A stretch of DNA of 64,000 nt, taken from contig NC_042999.1 of NCBI RefSeq assembly GCF_006345805.1, positions 7,626,001 through 7,690,000 of the forward strand, written 5' to 3'. Position 1 is the stretch's first letter. Each line of letters opens with the position of its first letter. The stretch comes from Octopus sinensis (taxonomy: Eukaryota). The notes under the pieces are model-generated. The model was given only the letters and a program-made list of their open reading frames with translations. It had not been told where the DNA came from and searched no databases. Shown here piece after piece: positions 1-12,959 of this stretch. A program made the position numbers and the translations under genes.

Positions 1-8
1 TGTTGTTG

Positions 9-44
<36 letters not shown>

Positions 45-175
45 TCATTGCTTGGAATCGAACTCGGAATCTTGGGGTTCGTAGCTCGTGGGCATATGGC
101 ATAATGGTTAAAAGTGCGGGCTACTAACCCTAAGATTCTGAGATCGATTCCAGGCAACTGATCTGAATAATAATA

Positions 176-208
<33 letters not shown>

Positions 209-391
209 TCGAAAAATACCTTAGAAATGAGAACCCATGTTCGAAATTCCCTCAGGACACCTGATGAAGGCTGGAGAGTATATCAGCTGAAATGTTGTGT
301 TAACAACAGAGAAGATGAGGACAAATATCCGTCAAATGTAAATAGTGTAAATGATGTACATAATTCCTCGTCTCTTAAATATAGAACTGTA
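1..391 (+). mobile_element. Composite repeat: head-to-head tRNA-like head, (AAT)n, and hammerhead-containing tail
   Basis: 97-152 has A-box-like TGGCATAATGG and B-box-like GATCGATTCC. 31-88 is an imperfect reverse complement of ~116-175. The tail recurs reversed at ~20735-20803 and 58309-58457. Confidence 0.7.
256..301 (+). ncRNA. Minimal type I hammerhead ribozyme (canonical CUGAUGA core)
   Basis: GACAC-CTGATGA-A-GGCTG-gagagtatat-CAGCT-GAAA-TG-TT-GTGTT. Stem I is GACAC/GUGUU and stem II is GGCUG/CAGCU. The sister copy has palindromic ACGT in stem III. Confidence 0.75.
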
Positions 392-575
392 TCACTTCAA
401 TGTTGTCTTAGAGAAAATTAATCTCCGGAGTTAGAGGTCGAACTGCAAACATCACAGTTTGTTATGCTAAGTGCAATCGACAAAACTACGCGCGTTTTTC
501 ACACGTCTTATCATTAATCAAAATTTAACTAAGTAGCTGTAAATTGATACTAGAATCGAAGACAAACAAGATGCC

Positions 576-945
576 CGTGGCTGTGTGGTAAGAAGTTTGC
601 TTCCCAACCACACGGTTCTGGTTTCAGTCCCACTTCGTGGTACCTGGGACAAGTGTCTTCTACTCTAGCCTTAGGCTGGTGGCCAAGACGTGAACGGATT
701 TGCTAGACGGAAACTGAAAGAAGCTAATCGTGTGTGTGTACATGAGTGCGTATATTTGTCCCCGACCACCGCTTGATTACCGGTGTCGGTGTGTTTACGT
801 CCCCGTAACTTAGCGGTTCGGCAACAAAAGCCGATAGTGCAAGCGCCAGGCTTAAATGAAATAAGAATTGTGGTCGATGAATGCATTCGTCTAAAATTTT
901 TCAAAGCGGTCCCCCAGCATGGCCGCAATCTCACTGAAACAAATA
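576..945 (+). mobile_element. tRNA-derived SINE, family A (diverged copy)
   Basis: GTGGCTGTGTGGTAAG...TTCAGTCCCAC...GGAAACTGAAAGAAG...CAGCATGGCCGCA, shared with >10 copies in the window. Confidence 0.8.
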
Positions 946-1560
946 AAGGATGGAAGATAACAGATAAAAGATAGGAACTCTTGTGATTATAACTCTTGGA
1001 GAATTATCCAATCCCATCTTTCAACTATAATTATCCTAAAGTAAAAATCAGCAAATGTCTGTTTTCTTTAGGAACTAAATTATAACAAATAGCGACGCAA
1101 TAGATTTTAGGTTAGCAATTAAAAGCCGATAGCGAAATAAGCCATTAAGAGTAATTTCTAGAAATGTAGATATGTTTAATAGTTCTTCTTCTTCACTAAT
1201 ATTGAACATTTTAATCAGTTTCCGAAAGGTCTGAGGTATTTAACTTATTAAGGTCAATACGCGAAATGTATTACATATTTGGCAACCTGCAGGCACTACG
1301 TCACTCCCACACACAGATTGTGCGTAGAGGCCCACTCGTATGTATGTGTCCATGTATGCATCGTCATATATGTGTGTATGTGTGTATGTTTCTATGCGTA
1401 TGTGTGTGTGTGTGTGTGTATTTGTAAAGTTGAGTTAATCAAAACTAAATGCATTTTAATAATATCAATAAATATAAACGCATATGAGATTGCGTAATAG
1501 CGAACATATATTATTTGAACTTTAATTAACATACAAGCGCATATCAATATGTATGTATAT

Positions 1561-2056
1561 GGAGGCGCAGTGGCCCAGTGGTTAGGGCAGCGGACTCGCG
1601 GTCGTCGGATCGCGGTTTCGATTCCCAGACCGGGCATTGTGAGTGTTTATTGAACAAAAACACCTAAAGCTCTACGAGGCTCCGGCAGTGGGTGGTGACA
1701 AACCCTGCTGAACTGTTTCACCACACCTTTCTCTCATTATTTCTTCCTGTTTCTGTTGTACCTGTATTTCAAAGGGGCCAGCCTTGTCACAGTCAGTGTC
1801 ACGCGGAATCTCCCCGAGAAATATGTTACGGGTACACGTGTCTGTGGAGTCTCAGCCACTCGCACGTTAAATAAGTTGTGATATCAGAGGTGCCAAGCTT
1901 TGGCCTTCCTTGGATAACATCGGTGGCGTGAAGAGGGGAGGCTGTTATGCATGGGGAATTACTGGTCTTCCATAAACAACATTGCCCGGACTTGTGCCTT
2001 GTAGGGTAACTTTCTAGGTGCAATCCCATGGTCATTCATGACCGAAGGGGGTCACA
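1561..2056 (+). mobile_element. tRNA-derived SINE, family C
   Basis: Head GGAGGCGCAGTGGCCCAGTGGTTAGGGCAGCGGACTCGCG...TTCGATTCCC with A/B boxes; homologous to 37996-38502, 41053-41345 and 63436-63633. Confidence 0.8.
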
Positions 2057-2231
2057 ATGTATTTATATATGCATGCATGCATGCATGCATGCATGTATGT
2101 ATGTATGTATGTATGTATGTATGTATGTATGTATGTATGTATGTAGTATGTATGTATGTATGCATGCATGCATGCATGCATGCATGTATGTATGTATGTA
2201 TGTATGTATGTATGTATGTATGTATGTATGT

Positions 2232-2780
2232 CAGGTCACTTTCGAGTGCTACTGGTAAGATGTAAACCAGTACAACCTGTTGCATGGTCGGGTCGTCGGC
2301 GACTAAACTGGCAACCCCAACAAGCTCTCTTGATGAGGAGGGTGTTTATTGGACACCCTGCGAGATGAAAAACAAAAGCCGTCAAAGGGCGGAGGAACAC
2401 TTGAGAGTCAACGGCCATCCAATAAATGTCTTAAGGCTGTATCATGCGCGGGGTCATAGAAATAGTCGGACTGAATACTCGATCACGCGGTTAAACCATT
2501 GGGAGTGAATGACTCCTAGCCTTTTTTAGGGCATTCCTCTAGGAGAAGGTAACTCAGGTAACTGGGATAACTCCGACATAAAACCTGCAGCTCAGTGGTT
2601 ACCGATGATGTTGATTTGTTCTTCTTTTCGGATTATGGCTGCTGTTGCTTAGTGAGTGGGATTGACTCAGTGCACAGCCTTTCCTCACTTTAAAAAAACT
2701 TATTGCATAGGCATTGCACGATAACAACATTGATTAAGTTTTGTGCAATGGCCATATTCGATAACGAGGGCGCAGCCACC
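2232..2780 (+). mobile_element. Probable 5' UTR of an RTE-type LINE or derived non-autonomous element
   Basis: GC-richer block between (TATG)n tracts, resembling RTE 5' regions from memory; no coding motif. Confidence 0.35.
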
Positions 2781-2879
2781 ATGTATGCATTATGTATGTA
2801 TGTGTGCATGTGGGAATGTATGTATCTATGTATCCATGTATGTATGCTTGCATGAATGTATGTATGTATATGTATGCAA

Positions 2880-2927
<48 letters not shown>

Positions 2928-2960
2928 TCTGAGTTTCACGTTGCTGGAATCTAGCAAAAA

Positions 2961-2998
2961 CTGTCCGACGAACGGCAACGTGAAACTCAGAGTAACAG
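2961..2998 (+). ncRNA. Minimal type I hammerhead ribozyme, U4C core variant
   Basis: CTGT-CCGACGA-ACG-GCAA-CGT-GAAA-CTC-A-GAG-TA-ACAG: stem I CUGU/ACAG, GNRA-capped stem II, GUA cleavage triplet. Confidence 0.7.
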
Positions 2999-3019
2999 GT
3001 TTTGTTGAATTTTCTGCTG

Positions 3020-3056
<37 letters not shown>

Positions 3057-3439
3057 TCAATAAATGGTGGGGTTGTGTTGACCGCACGTGGAGAAATAAT
3101 AAGCAAGGAAAAATTGTAAAAAGGCAGAATGCTAAATTGAAAGAAAATTTTAATGAAAATGGGTGTATGGAAAAAGTTTTTGAAAAATTGATAAAATATC
3201 TAAACATATATTAATTCAAACCGGTTTTTGGTTCTAATGTGACTTTTCAAGAATTGTAAAGGAAATTTTTTTTTTTAAGTGAGAAGGGGGAAAAAAGAAA
3301 ATTACATTGTTTTTTTCAAAAAAAAATAATAATAAATATATACAAAAATTAAAAAATAAGTACTCCGATACATTGTGAAGTCTTTGTGTATCTTGAGTCT
3401 AATGTAGATAACATAGATAAGGTAGAGAACGTAGATAAC

Positions 3440-3721
3440 GTTCTCACATGCGCTGGTTGCCAACATAATTATGTTGGACAAACGAGTCTCCCGTTACGTA
3501 AACGAGTAGCGGTGCATAAAGAACAAATAAATCTCCCGGAATACCGACAAATTCCACTGAGTGACCACATAGACTCATGCGCTAAAGACATAAATCCCAA
3601 ATTCTACATATTCCTCTTCTACCAATGCAAAGACAGGATCACCACACAGGAGAGAATTAACAAGGAGAATCTCTTTATTGAAAAATTCAAAACGCAACTT
3701 AATATGCAAACTCCTTGTTGA
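3440..3721 (+). pseudogene. Penelope-type GIY-YIG endonuclease C-terminal fragment
   Basis: VLTCAGCQHNYVGQTSLPLRKRVAVHKEQI...SDHIDSC...RINKENLFIEKFKTQLN: CxxC-YVGQT, R..R..H and E..FI....LN motifs. Confidence 0.85.
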
Positions 3722-4392
3722 TCATACTTCCTTTTTCTACCTCATTCTTCATGGATGGACTAATACAAATATATAAGGATACCATGCATTCATCACTTCA
3801 AGCTAAAACTTATATTCTTTAAATATCATTATTATTATTGTTGTTATTATTACTATCATTTTTATTGTATATGACATAACAATCTGAAAGGCAATTATAA
3901 ATTGGTTTATGCAAATTTATATAATTAGAAAATAATATAAATAAAGTGTTAAAATCTGAATGTTAAGTTAGCAAACAATTATATAAAAAAAAGATAATGC
4001 AAATGTAGCTAAAATGATAATTTTATAATTTAAGGTTTATTAACACCCTTTATTACAAAAAATTGATAAACACAAATTGAAGAGCTCAAAACCCATAGAG
4101 TTGTCTCCTCTTATTCACAACACAGGAACTGAAGAACTACTACTACTACTACTTCCTGTTTTGCCAACACCCTTAATTAAACTAAACAACACATGGTTTT
4201 AATCCCATTGGATCCTAATATTCAAGGTAATTTTTTCGTGAACAATCATTAAACCCAAGATACACAAAGACTTTACAACGTATCGGAGTACTTATTTTTT
4301 TTAGTTTTGTATATATTTATTATTATTTTTTTGCAAAAAACAATGTAATTTTCTTTTTTCCTCCTTCTCACTTAAAAAAAAAATTCCATTAC

Positions 4393-4434
4393 AATTCTTG
4401 AAAAGTCACATTAGGACGAAAACCGGTTTGAATT
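4393..4434 (+). ncRNA. Minimal type I hammerhead ribozyme, C3U/G8A core
   Basis: AATTC-TTGAAAA-GTC-acattag-GAC-GAAA-ACCGGT-TT-GAATT: 5-bp stem I and palindromic stem III. The inverted copy at 3213-3255 has lost GAAA. Confidence 0.75.
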
Positions 4435-4543
4435 AATATATATATGTATATTTTGTCAATTTTTCAAAAACTTTTTCCATACACCCATTTTCATTAAAAT
4501 TTTCTTTCAATTTAGCATTCTGCCTTTTTACAATTTTTCCTTG

Positions 4544-4674
<131 letters not shown>

Positions 4675-4843
4675 GTATGTATATGGTGTGCATGTATGTA
4701 TGCATATGTATATAAGTATGTAAGTATGTATATACGCAGGTAAGTATGTAACTATATACGTATGCAGGTATGTATAACTGCGTGTATGTGTGTATGCATA
4801 CACGTATTTATGTATATTTGCATGTATATGTGTAAGTATTATT

Positions 4844-5390
4844 TATGGTGAACTTTTAGAGGGGAAACGCAATCGGTGTAAACGTAAAGAGAGGTTTAAG
4901 GACGGCATAAGGACCATCACGAAGTCATTTGGAATGGATTGAAGGGCCATAGAAACCCTTGCTTCGGATCATGTTGGACGGCGAATAAATGTGTGCAGTG
5001 AAAGCGTTTGAAGGAACCAGGATAACGCATGCAAGACTCAAAAGAGATTTACAGAAGAATGTTACGATCGAATAGATGAATCACAACAATTTCTTTGTGT
5101 GCAAAGTTTGTCACAGGCCATGCCTTTCTGGGCTCAAATCTCATATGCGGATCCCTGAAAACCAGACCTCCACCAACTACTTTACCTATATGTCTGTGCA
5201 CATTCAATGCCATGTATGCCATAAGATCTGCAGATCTAACGGAGGCCTCTAAAGTCTTTTTAAGGACTACAAAGGTCAGAACTTAACTGCAGCTTTTGGT
5301 GGTCCAAATTGGATAAGCAATCTGTGAGGCTGTCTCTACAAAACATTGTCAGGTTTAAAAAGCAACATCTGACGCCATAATGGATCTAAG
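4844..5390 (+). pseudogene. RTE-clade LINE 3' coding fragment
   Basis: YGELLEGKRNRCKRKERFKDGIR...ETLASDH matches the RTE C-terminal YGEL..GKR....RFKD motif; stops and frameshifts present. Confidence 0.7.
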
Positions 5391-5552
5391 GTGTAGGTAG
5401 AGGATGCGGTCAGTCTCTGCATAAGAAGTAGGCAACCACCATGAATGTATGTATGTATGTATGTATGTATGTATGTATGTATGTATGTATGTATGTATGT
5501 ATGTATGTATGTATGCATGTAATTATTTGTATATATATATGAATGTGCCGGT

Positions 5553-5800
5553 ATATGGTTAGTGATCAAGGTGTTGAACTCATGATTGTGAGATCGTCGT
5601 GACAATCCTTGTCCCTTGACCTGGTGGTTCCGATTCACCGAGCAGGCGATGCATTATGTTCTCGAGAAAAAACATCTCGTTTCGCGTTACGCCAGTTCAC
5701 TCGTCTGGCAAAAACGAGTAATCATGTGGGGAACTGGCGTCCTGTCAATTGACGGTGGATGCAATATGTACGCCATAGAATCCGACAAAGAGCTTATTTA
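5553..5800 (+). mobile_element. Old tRNA-derived SINE (related to 40680-40900)
   Basis: AGTGATCAAGGTGTTGAACTCATGATTGTGAGATCGT resembles 40693 GTGGTTAGGTTGTTGCACTCACGATTGCTAGATCGT. Confidence 0.5.
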
Positions 5801-6227
5801 AACGGACCACCTGAAGAAACATATTCAACATCTTTGATGGATGATAGTAATTTCGCAATGTGTTAATTCCATCATCTCACCAATCTACTACAGGTGGGAC
5901 GATATGTGGAAAGAGTTGTAGTGATACGAAATAAAGAATGTTGTTCAATGCATTTTCTCCTATTCATCCTTTTCTCTGTAGATTCTATGATTACTATGGA
6001 ATTCCAGTGACCTGAGGTGTTCCCACTGCAAGCGCAAACTGTGGGCGAGCTTTCTATACCATACTACAAAGCTTTTACACGGATTTTATTCAACTACACA
6101 CACATATATACATACTCACACAGACACACACATACACATATACGTACATACATATATACGCACCTACATAGATACATAAATGTATAACGGAGGTCATACA
6201 TCCGCTGCTTCGAACTATATGAATGTG

Positions 6228-6285
<58 letters not shown>

Positions 6286-7575
6286 CGAGGGGCGTTCAAT
6301 AAGTAACGCCCCTGACCCACTTCCCATAGCAGTAGAGCAACGAAACTTGGCACAGTTATTAGTATTTTTCTACATAGGAACCACTCAGAGTTACGCATTT
6401 CTCCCACCGTTTGATGCAGCTCTGGAGACCGTTTTTTTAGGAGACCCCAGCTTGGTCTTCCAACCACAACGTGACTTCAGAAATCAAGGCTGCATCATCT
6501 GGGAAATGCTTTCCTTTCAAAAACAACTTCATGGCTGGGAAGAGGTGAAAATCAGAGGGAGCAAGGTCAGGAGAGTAGGGGGATGGGGAGGAGTTCATAG
6601 CCGCATACCTGTGCTTCTGATCTGGCGACACGCAAGTTGTGGACCGGAGCGTTGTCCTGCAGGAGGAGGATGCCTTCGCTGATCTTGCCCCGCCTCTTGA
6701 TTTTGATAGCTTCTCTTAATTTCCTCAAAAGTGAAGCATAATAGGCTCCTGTAATTGTGGTACCCTTTGCCAGGAAATCTATCATCACTACTCAGTCCTG
6801 GTCCCAGAAGACTGTGAGCATGACCTTGCCAGCGAAGGGCTGCACCTTTGCCTTCTTTGGATGAGGTGAGTCACGGTGCTTCCACTGCATTGACTCGGCT
6901 TTGGTCTCTGGATCATAGTGATGGACCCAGGTTTCATCCTGCGTAATCAGTCTTTTGAAAAATTTTGACTCATCTTCTTGGCACATCTCCAAATTCATCC
7001 TCGAGCACTCGACGCGTTCTTGCTTCTGGAAATGTGTGAGCAGCCTGGGAATCCATCTGGCAGGCACCTTTTGCATATGCAAATGGTCATGAATAATAGT
7101 TTCCACAGACCTGGTACTAATCTTTACCTCATGGGCTATTTGGCAAATAGTTATGCGTCGATCTTCCAAAATGGCAGCCTCAACTTGACGGACAGATGCC
7201 TCATCAATGGCAGAAGGGGGGCGACCAGATTTGGGAGCTGTTTCCACAGAGTTCCGACCATGTTTGAATTCACGATGCCAGCGTTTTACAAGGTCATATG
7301 ATGGGGCATCATCACCATAAATTATTTTCATTTCATCAAAAGTCTCCCGTGGTGTGCGTCCTTTCAAATGCAAAAACCGGATCACTGCTCGACACTCAAC
7401 AGGCTCCATTTCACACTTGACTCAGTTCAAACACCTGTAAATCAGAAAACACAATTAGTTCAGAGCTGTAATTTGCCACTTTATCTATAGAGATATAAAT
7501 AATTGCACATGCAAAATTTCAGCTAGATGAAACAAATGCAAGTGGGTCAGGGGCATTACTTATTGAACGCCCCTC

Positions 7576-7576
<1 letters not shown>
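6286..7576 (-). mobile_element. Full-length mariner (Tc1/mariner, DD34D) transposon
   Basis: 37-bp TIRs CGAGGGGCGTTCAATAAGTAA(C/T)GCCCCTGACCCACTT at 6286-6322 and 7540-7576, TA on both sides, inside (TA)n; 1291 bp. Confidence 0.97.
6359..7409 (-). pseudogene. Mariner transposase, disrupted
   Basis: HTH N-terminus, WIPRLLT, ITQDETWVHHYDPETK, QDNAPVH, YSPDLAPSDFHLF, and C-terminus [17 protein letters not shown]. Stop at 6792 and frameshifts near 6590 and 6437. Confidence 0.95.
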
Positions 7577-7608
<32 letters not shown>

Positions 7609-7703
7609 TATGTATATGTATATGCAGGCATACATGCATGGATACATACATATACATGAATGTACAACGGAGTTTATACATCCGCTGCTTCCAGCGTATA
7701 TGA

Positions 7704-7754
<51 letters not shown>

Positions 7755-7865
7755 TGTATACACACATTTATGAATGTATATATGCATAGATACACACATA
7801 TATATATATTTGTATGTATAAATGCATGCATACATACATACATACGCATTCAATGTCATACACAG

Positions 7866-7913
<48 letters not shown>

Positions 7914-8789
7914 CGATATATGTATGTGTATACACACATACACATACACACATATACATATGAGCATATTCACGCACAGATAGTGAACTCAGTACAAAAT
8001 GAGTCATACTGAATACATTACGTAATGCATTGAGCGTCATCGCCGCTCGCATTGGGACGTTACAATAATAACATTTCTCTTGAGTCGAAATAAAAACCCG
8101 AGGTCTGTTGTCGCCATGCCAAAACACACATCCAACGAATTATAAGAGATTAGAATCGTCTACTAACGGGGAATTAGCTTCATTGCTAAGTTGGCAGTGA
8201 AGTGTTGTCCGAAATATTAAATATTGAATCAGTAAGATTTCACTGATAAATGAGAACGTTCTGATTACTTTAGAAGGATGAAAAATACTGTTGGGATTAG
8301 GCATTTAAAATCATTATTAGTTAATTTTCTTTCTCGTTTACACGGATTGAAGGATAATATGGGAATGCGCTGTAAGGTGAGTGTTTTAATAAGAAAATGG
8401 TGTGTAGGTTAGTTGTTACTCAATCGTCTGAGTTGTCACTTCTTTGAATGCTTTCTCTTTACAAAATCCAAATTGATATCTAGGGAAGCATTTTGTCTCC
8501 TTAAACATGTTGTTCTGGCTTGAATGACTTTAATCATTGATCTGTTCGATCACCATTGATTTGGTCTAAACAACAGCACATAATATAAATAGTTTTGTGG
8601 GGATGGGGCAACTGTTTATATTTGTGAATTTACAGTTTTAATATAAAAACAGTTGAATTGTTAGACATTAAAATGCTCTCGAGTAACCGATAAATCACCA
8701 TTTTACTAAGCTCTATTGAGAGCTGAAATAGTCGTAGTAACCTGAAATAGTGGTTTCATATTTTAGAAGAAGGCCAGTAATGTCGGAGG

Positions 8790-9153
8790 AGGGGTAAGTC
8801 AATTACAGTGACCCCCCCCTCCCACTACTCAACAGGTATATATTTTATCGACCCAAAACGCATGAAAGGCAAAGTTGACTGCGGCAGAATTTGAACGCAG
8901 AACTTGAAGAGGGACAAAATACCTATTTCCTTACTACCCACAAGGGGCTAAACACAGAGGACAAACAAGGACAGACAAACGGATTGAGTCTATTATATCG
9001 ACCCCAGCGCGTAACTGGTACTTAATTTATTGACCCCGAAATGATGACTGGCAAAGTCCACCTCAGCGGAATTTGAACTCACAACATAACGGCAGACGAA
9101 ATACGGCGACGCATTTCGCCCGGCGTGCTAACGTTTCTTCCAGCTCGCCGCCT
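8790..9153 (-). mobile_element. SINE family B (Meta-domain-like core), two partial units
   Basis: Reverse complement is homologous to family B (head GGCGGCGAGCTGG..GAAACGTTAGCAC, core GACTTTGCC..TCAT..TTTCGGGGTC). Confidence 0.8.
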
Positions 9154-12100
9154 TAGTAACCAGAAATATTAGAATTATTAAGATTTTCCTGGAGTTTGGT
9201 CTCCTACAAAACACTTTGGAAGTGAGCTGTTGCATTACCGAATTTTAAAATGGCGGTGCGGTAGCAGAATCTTTACTGCAGAGTATTCCATCTGGCTCTT
9301 AAGGTGTTGAGCTCCAATCACACCCAGTTCATCTATGTTTCTTAATCTTTCGCGATCGATAAAATAAAGCATCAATCTAGGGATCTTGTCTGAAAGTCAG
9401 GAAGCCCCAAATGCTTTAAATGATATTTTTAAAATGCAGTCACTAATGCACTATTTCCATCCCGTACCATTTGTTGCTATAGAAATTCAAATCTATATAT
9501 CATCAACGAGGATGAAATATCGTTCAGTTAATTTGAAACCTCGGTGACACGCATCGGTTTGTATTTAAGTAAGACTAGTTTCGTTAGTATCAAGGTTAAG
9601 TCTCCCGTTGTTGATTATTTCCTCGCCCTCTCATGGATTTTCTTGCAATTGGGCAGACTCTTCGCGATGAGAACTACAGCAAACGTCTTGGATTTTCGTG
9701 GAATTTGAATAATTGTAGAGCGAGACCCCAAAACCACAAGAAAAAAATAAAAAAATAATTTTGTAAAAGAGAATTAAAAGATCTCCAAATTAAGAATAAA
9801 ATATACAGGCTCTTCAAACTGTCTGAAAAGATATTTTCCCTGACTCTCTGAGACATTTCCCGCCAGGGGCAAAGAATGCGATTCACCCCGTTCATTATTT
9901 TCAAGACCTAAAAAAGAGCTTAGCCATGAAAGAATACAATATCATTGTCGCTGCCTTCTTGTGTTCCAACTGAGACACAACTGACTTAATACCATGGATA
10001 TAAAATATAAGCATTTTCCGATCTTCATACATAAAATATATTTATTAGATGAACATGTAATATGATTCATGTCAACAGTATGCTCCTGAGGTAATATATA
10101 ATAGATGCAGACATCAAATTAACTGAGATATATTCACAAAATCATAACATAAACTATTACAAAAAATAGGAAGATTCTTGACGTGTTTATTAATCATTTT
10201 ACAGAATCTGCTACGTCTTAAATTAATTGAATGGAATCTCTTACCTTACTACATCAGGTTAGATAGCAACGACTACACTACAGCTTGGAATATTTTGACA
10301 TACGAACAATTTTACAAAAGGGTGTTCTTGATACTTTAGAAAGCTAACTTTCCAGTAAAGACATAACGTATATTTATGTTTATATTATGTCTTACAATAT
10401 TAACTATTTCTCTTGTAATATCCTGTCTATCCATCAATTTTCCCTGCTGGTTTAATTAACTGACGAAATGGGCTTTTATCCTCCCTCGTGTTGCCGGTAT
10501 ATCAAAGACTATAAATCATCAGACACAGTGTTTATGTGTTAACCTAAGGCAGCTTGTCTACCGCGCAACACTACTTTGTCCTGTTTAAATCTTCCTGAAG
10601 TGGTTTCTATCGACTGTTTCTTTAGTTGAAGTGTATGTCTTCTGTGAAACGTTAAGTTATGCAATTACAATCAAATCTTAATAAACATATACTCGCAAAC
10701 ACATCCTTATCTATGTCTGTGTTTTGGTTTCGGCGCATGCGTATGTGTATGCATTAGACAATGGAATAGGCTAGGTTTTCAGCCATTATTGTGCAGTTCC
10801 ATCATTATGGATTTTTCAAGATGGTCTCTTATATAACATATCAAACTTATGTTATATAAGAGTCCACACTTTTAATATCACACATTTAAAACACATATGT
10901 ACCCTAGATTTGTATCGAATTCTCTCTGTATTTTTCCATATTACCGCACGATGCGTACCCAATCGGAAACAATTACATAACAATTAAACAAAGATTGATA
11001 ATATTTTCAAAATTTTCGAAATTGTTGAGATGTTTCAGACTCATTCTGACCTCATTAACGATGGAAAGTATTATTCCAGTTTGTTGCTCTACTACCCACC
11101 CACTTCAGAAAAAAAAGAAGAAAGAAAATGATCCATTTATTGTTGCAGTAAAATAGAATTTTTTTATTTCACTGTTCTAGATCTTAAGCTCCAAACCATT
11201 CCAAAGAACTTTGCTTTTCGTGCTCTGATTTTTTTTGTGTGTTTGCATCTATAAGTTAATTAAGGTAATTAAGGTATTTAAAGTAATTAAGGTTTCCTGC
11301 TTTTAAAATGTTAATATTTCTTACATAATTTGGTATTGTTATTCAATTTAACAATTGTTGACAAAAGCAAATATATATAAATAAGCATACATTACGTACA
11401 CACACATATATACATACCTGTATAAATGGATTTGTATAAATAAGTATGTGTGTATGTGTGTGCCTTTGCAAAATAGCTTAGTTTCAGTAAGCATATAAAT
11501 ATATGCTTGTAAAAATCTATAATAAAGACTTAAATGGAGACATCCAAACTAAATTACTTCAGAGTGAGTTAGAAAGAAATATTTTTACGATTCCTGAATC
11601 TCTGAAGAGAAATTGCTTTATTGGTAGTGATTTGTTTGCACCATCTATTTAAATAAATTAATCTCAATAAATAATTTCATTAGGCGTAATTAGATTGAAC
11701 TGCAATGAAGTTTTATGTTTATCTCTTTACCTCTTCCAGACACTAATTGTCTCCTATTGACTTAATAAAGACGATTTCAGGAATTTCTGTGAAACAACCC
11801 AACGCCAGTTTAAAGTTCAAATTGAATCATATCAAAAGCACACACACACACCAAACACAACACATCATACGACACTCGTTGCACATCTTTGCTTTCAAGA
11901 ATTCTCAAGCTACAATAAATCTATCGTTCGATCTTAGAAATCGAAGTTGCTTAACTTTGATTTCAGTCGCAAAACTTTCTTCCGAAACTCGATATATTTG
12001 TTCCTCTAGCAAGAGATGATATTCAATAACGTGGATTAGCGACAAAGTAGCCAGTTGTAGTTTGCTTCCAAACTGTGGTGAGTTGCTAAATCGAAACTTA

Positions 12101-12915
12101 CTTGCAAGTGAAATGGTGGATTTTCGAAAATCTTTTATTTGCATTTTGATGCGAAAACCACAACAGTTCTTTTGATTTCAGCAGACATTTTATCCCAGTT
12201 GCCAGAAGATTTTGGCTGAAACGGATATCTGCTGGCATGTGATTTGCGAAGATGGTTCCGCGCTGGCGTTAGATAAAATTTCGAAGTATTTTAAAACGAA
12301 AACTTTCATAGGATCAATTTTATGGTGTGGTCTACAAGATAATTATGACAAAGTAAACCATGTTTATTTTAAATAATAACTAGTACAGCTTTATATATTT
12401 TCCAGTAAAGATATTTCCTGGAATTTTGTTTTTACTGAACAAACTGATTCAATATCGTAATTCTTAGTTTATTTGACTGTCCATAAACACCATTAGTCCA
12501 GTCTAGAATCTGAGGTCAGTTTAACTAACCTCAATAAACACCTCTTACATAGAGACAAAGTTATTCTTACGTACAAATGACAGTTGAGTTGATATGACGA
12601 ATATAACTTCTTCGTAGTGAATATTATCTCAATTAGAGCGATTAGTCTGCTCAATGGGAAATTATCTCGTCATTATACTATTCGGAAAGAATCTAATACA
12701 GCGATAATAGGAAATTCAAACGTTGTCAGCGTCATCGTTAGCAGCGACGAGAATTATTACCTCAAAAGCAAATTTCTTAATGAGTCTAATGATATGATAT
12801 ATAAAGAAAGATGTCTTTTACTTGTTTCAGTCATTAGACTGCGGCCATGCTAGGGCACCACCTTGGGGAATTTTATTAGAAAGAATCAACCATTATATAT
12901 ATATATAGATATAGA

Positions 12916-12959
<44 letters not shown>

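Noticed and set aside
97-165. Functional tRNA gene (also SINE heads at 1561 and 41053)
   Set aside because: Degenerate arms or direct fusion to repeat bodies; treated as tRNA-derived heads.
2232-2330. HDV-like ribozyme at the putative RTE 5' end
   Set aside because: Plausible by precedent, but I could not assign the nested double pseudoknot by eye.
6978-7301. 107-aa plus-strand ORF
   Set aside because: Antisense shadow of the mariner transposase.
10455-10660. CTGACGA / CTGAAGT ... GAAACGTT as a hammerhead
   Set aside because: No consistent stem I or stem II pairing; at most a decayed relic.
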